In this document: positions 62,705 through 64,000 of the stretch, piece after piece
Layout: the number at the start of each line of letters is the position of its first letter
Position numbering within the stretch: the stretch's first letter is position 1
From: an uncultured Alteromonadaceae bacterium
GTDB taxonomy: Bacteria > Pseudomonadota > Gammaproteobacteria > Enterobacterales > Alteromonadaceae
Length of the DNA stretch: 64,000 nt
Direction: 5' to 3'
NCBI GenBank assembly: GCA_913056495.1
Contig: CAJXMO010000002.1
Coordinates: 239,347 to 303,346 of the forward strand
Program-made: the position numbers and the translations under genes
The notes under the pieces: generated by a model
Told to the model about the DNA's origin: nothing
The model's input: only the letters and a program-made list of their open reading frames with translations
The model's database searches: none

Positions 62705-62904
62705 ATTACCATAATAATATGACTGACTTGAAAGTCTATTAAGGATTTATATTATTTTTGTGACTTACTTACTTAATTTAGCACAGGTTACTGGATTTTC
62801 AGATAAAAATGAATTTAAAAGCGATTTAAGCTTAAAGCTTGTATTTATCTTTAATAGTAAGTTAAATTGAAGTTTAAAGGATTCGTAAATAAAGAGAAAT
62901 TAAC

Positions 62905-63540
62905 ATGAGTATACCGTTTCATGTCATGAATGACGAGCAACTGCAGACATTCATTAAACATTGTAATCGTCAAAGATATCCTGCGAAAAGCACTATTATT
63001 CACGCAGGCGATGAGTCTAAATCACTATATCTGTTATTAGACGGCTCTGTTTCAGTTACTATGGAAGGTGAAGAGGGGCGCGAGTTAGTACTTGCCTACC
63101 TTAACCCCGGAGAGTTTTATGGTGAAATGGGCTTATTTGAAGAAGCTGAATCACGCAGTGCATCGGTAAAAGCCAGAACTGAATGTGAAGTGGCTGAAAT
63201 CAGCTACGAAAAATTTAAGCGCTTATATCGTGAAAACCCGGATATTCTATTCAGAGTTTCAAGCCAGTTGGCGTTGAGGCTAAGAGATACCTCACGCAAA
63301 GTTGTTGATCTGGCGTTTTTAGATGTCACCGGTCGAGTGGCGGCAACTTTACTGGATTTATGTAAACAGCCGGATGCTATGACTCACCCGGATGGCATGC
63401 AAATTAAAATTACCCGTCAGGAATTAGGCCGAATTGTTGGTTGTTCTCGTGAAATGGTAGGACGCGTATTAAAGAACCTCGAAGAGCAGGGGTTAATTGA
63501 AGCACATGGTAAAACCATGGTGATATACGGAACTCGATAA
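62905..63540 (+). CDS. crp: cAMP receptor protein (CRP/Vfr-like)
   Basis: GEMGLF, RSA, TS cAMP contacts; [22 protein letters not shown]. Confidence 0.9.
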   Translation: MSIPFHVMNDEQLQTFIKHCNRQRYPAKSTIIHAGDESKSLYLLLDGSVSVTMEGEEGRELVLAYLNPGEFYGEMGLFEEAESRSASVKARTECEVAEISYEKFKRLYRENPDILFRVSSQLALRLRDTSRKVVDLAFLDVTGRVAATLLDLCKQPDAMTHPDGMQIKITRQELGRIVGCSREMVGRVLKNLEEQGLIEAHGKTMVIYGTR

Positions 63541-63562
63541 AACCGATAACGGTTATTAAATT

Positions 63563-63604
63563 CAGCCAGCCTTTGCCAATGGCATTCGAGCTGGCTGTTT
63601 TTTA
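63563..63604 (+). terminator. Terminator after crp
   Basis: CAGCCAGC...GCTGGCTG followed by a T-run. Confidence 0.7.
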
Positions 63605-63698
63605 TTCACTTTAAAGAAAATACCGGATTTTTTAATTTCAATCAGTATAATCCCTCCCATTTTTAGTTCATTATAATTTTTATCCACCTGGAGTATTT

Positions 63699-64000
63699 AT
63701 GAAAACACGAGCTGTATTGTGTTGGCTAATCCCTTTATTGTTGCTTGGATGTGGAATTAACGGCAAAGCTGAATACGAACAAGGTTTACAATTGACGAAC
63801 AGTCAGAATTATGAACAAGCAATTAACTGGTTTAAACAAGCACTTGAAAAAGAACCGGACAATTTGGTTTATAAAGAAAAACTGAACTGGGCTCTTAAGC
63901 AGAGAGTTAGTGAGTTAACCCAGCCATTGGATAAAGTGTTTAGCGGTCAGGTTAAGCATGTCAGCGAATTAAAGCAAGCCAGGCAAGTCGTTGCGAAAGT
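63699..64000 (+). CDS. TPR-containing lipoprotein, truncated by the window end (not in ORF track)
   Basis: MKTRAVLCWLIPLLLLGC lipobox after GGAG; TPR YEQAINWFKQALEKEPDN; open to the end of the window. Confidence 0.8.
   Translation, partial: MKTRAVLCWLIPLLLLGCGINGKAEYEQGLQLTNSQNYEQAINWFKQALEKEPDNLVYKEKLNWALKQRVSELTQPLDKVFSGQVKHVSELKQARQVVAK

Noticed and set aside
1-64000. tRNA/rRNA genes, prophage, integrase/transposase, anti-phage defence systems
   Set aside because: No cloverleaf or rRNA signatures seen by eye and no ORF with such motifs; tRNAscan was not run, so a tRNA could have been missed

Overview
A 64-kb chromosomal window from an AT-rich marine gammaproteobacterium (Alteromonadales-like; the genus cannot be fixed from sequence alone). 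The backbone is housekeeping: zapE, rplM-rpsI, petABC, sspAB, hinT, gor, panC-folK-pcnB-gluQ-dksA, galU, rplY-pth-ychF, tesB, rsmD, ftsYEX and crp. Accessory blocks are (i) a PL4 rhamnogalacturonan lyase divergent from a TonB-dependent receptor and flavin-dependent halogenase, with two palindromic operators between them; (ii) a compact ABC-transporter capsule locus (kpsMTED-GT-acetyltransferase-kpsCS); (iii) a CrsR/CrsA-like partner-switch module; (iv) a Slam/T11SS-like TPR-barrel, a FecR-plus-beta-barrel protein, an MBL hydrolase and a CHASE2 adenylate cyclase, which together look like a trans-envelope cAMP circuit; and (v) a betaproteobacterial-type amino-acid decarboxylase with a structured leader. 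Non-coding elements missed by the ORF track are three copies of a ~270-bp ERIC-like MITE (each ending in TATAAT upstream of a gene), a CsrB/Rsm-type sRNA with a UvrY/GacA box, and L13/L25 leaders. I saw no rRNA, tRNA, CRISPR array, prophage or transposase. All calls come from motif recognition by eye; no searches were run.
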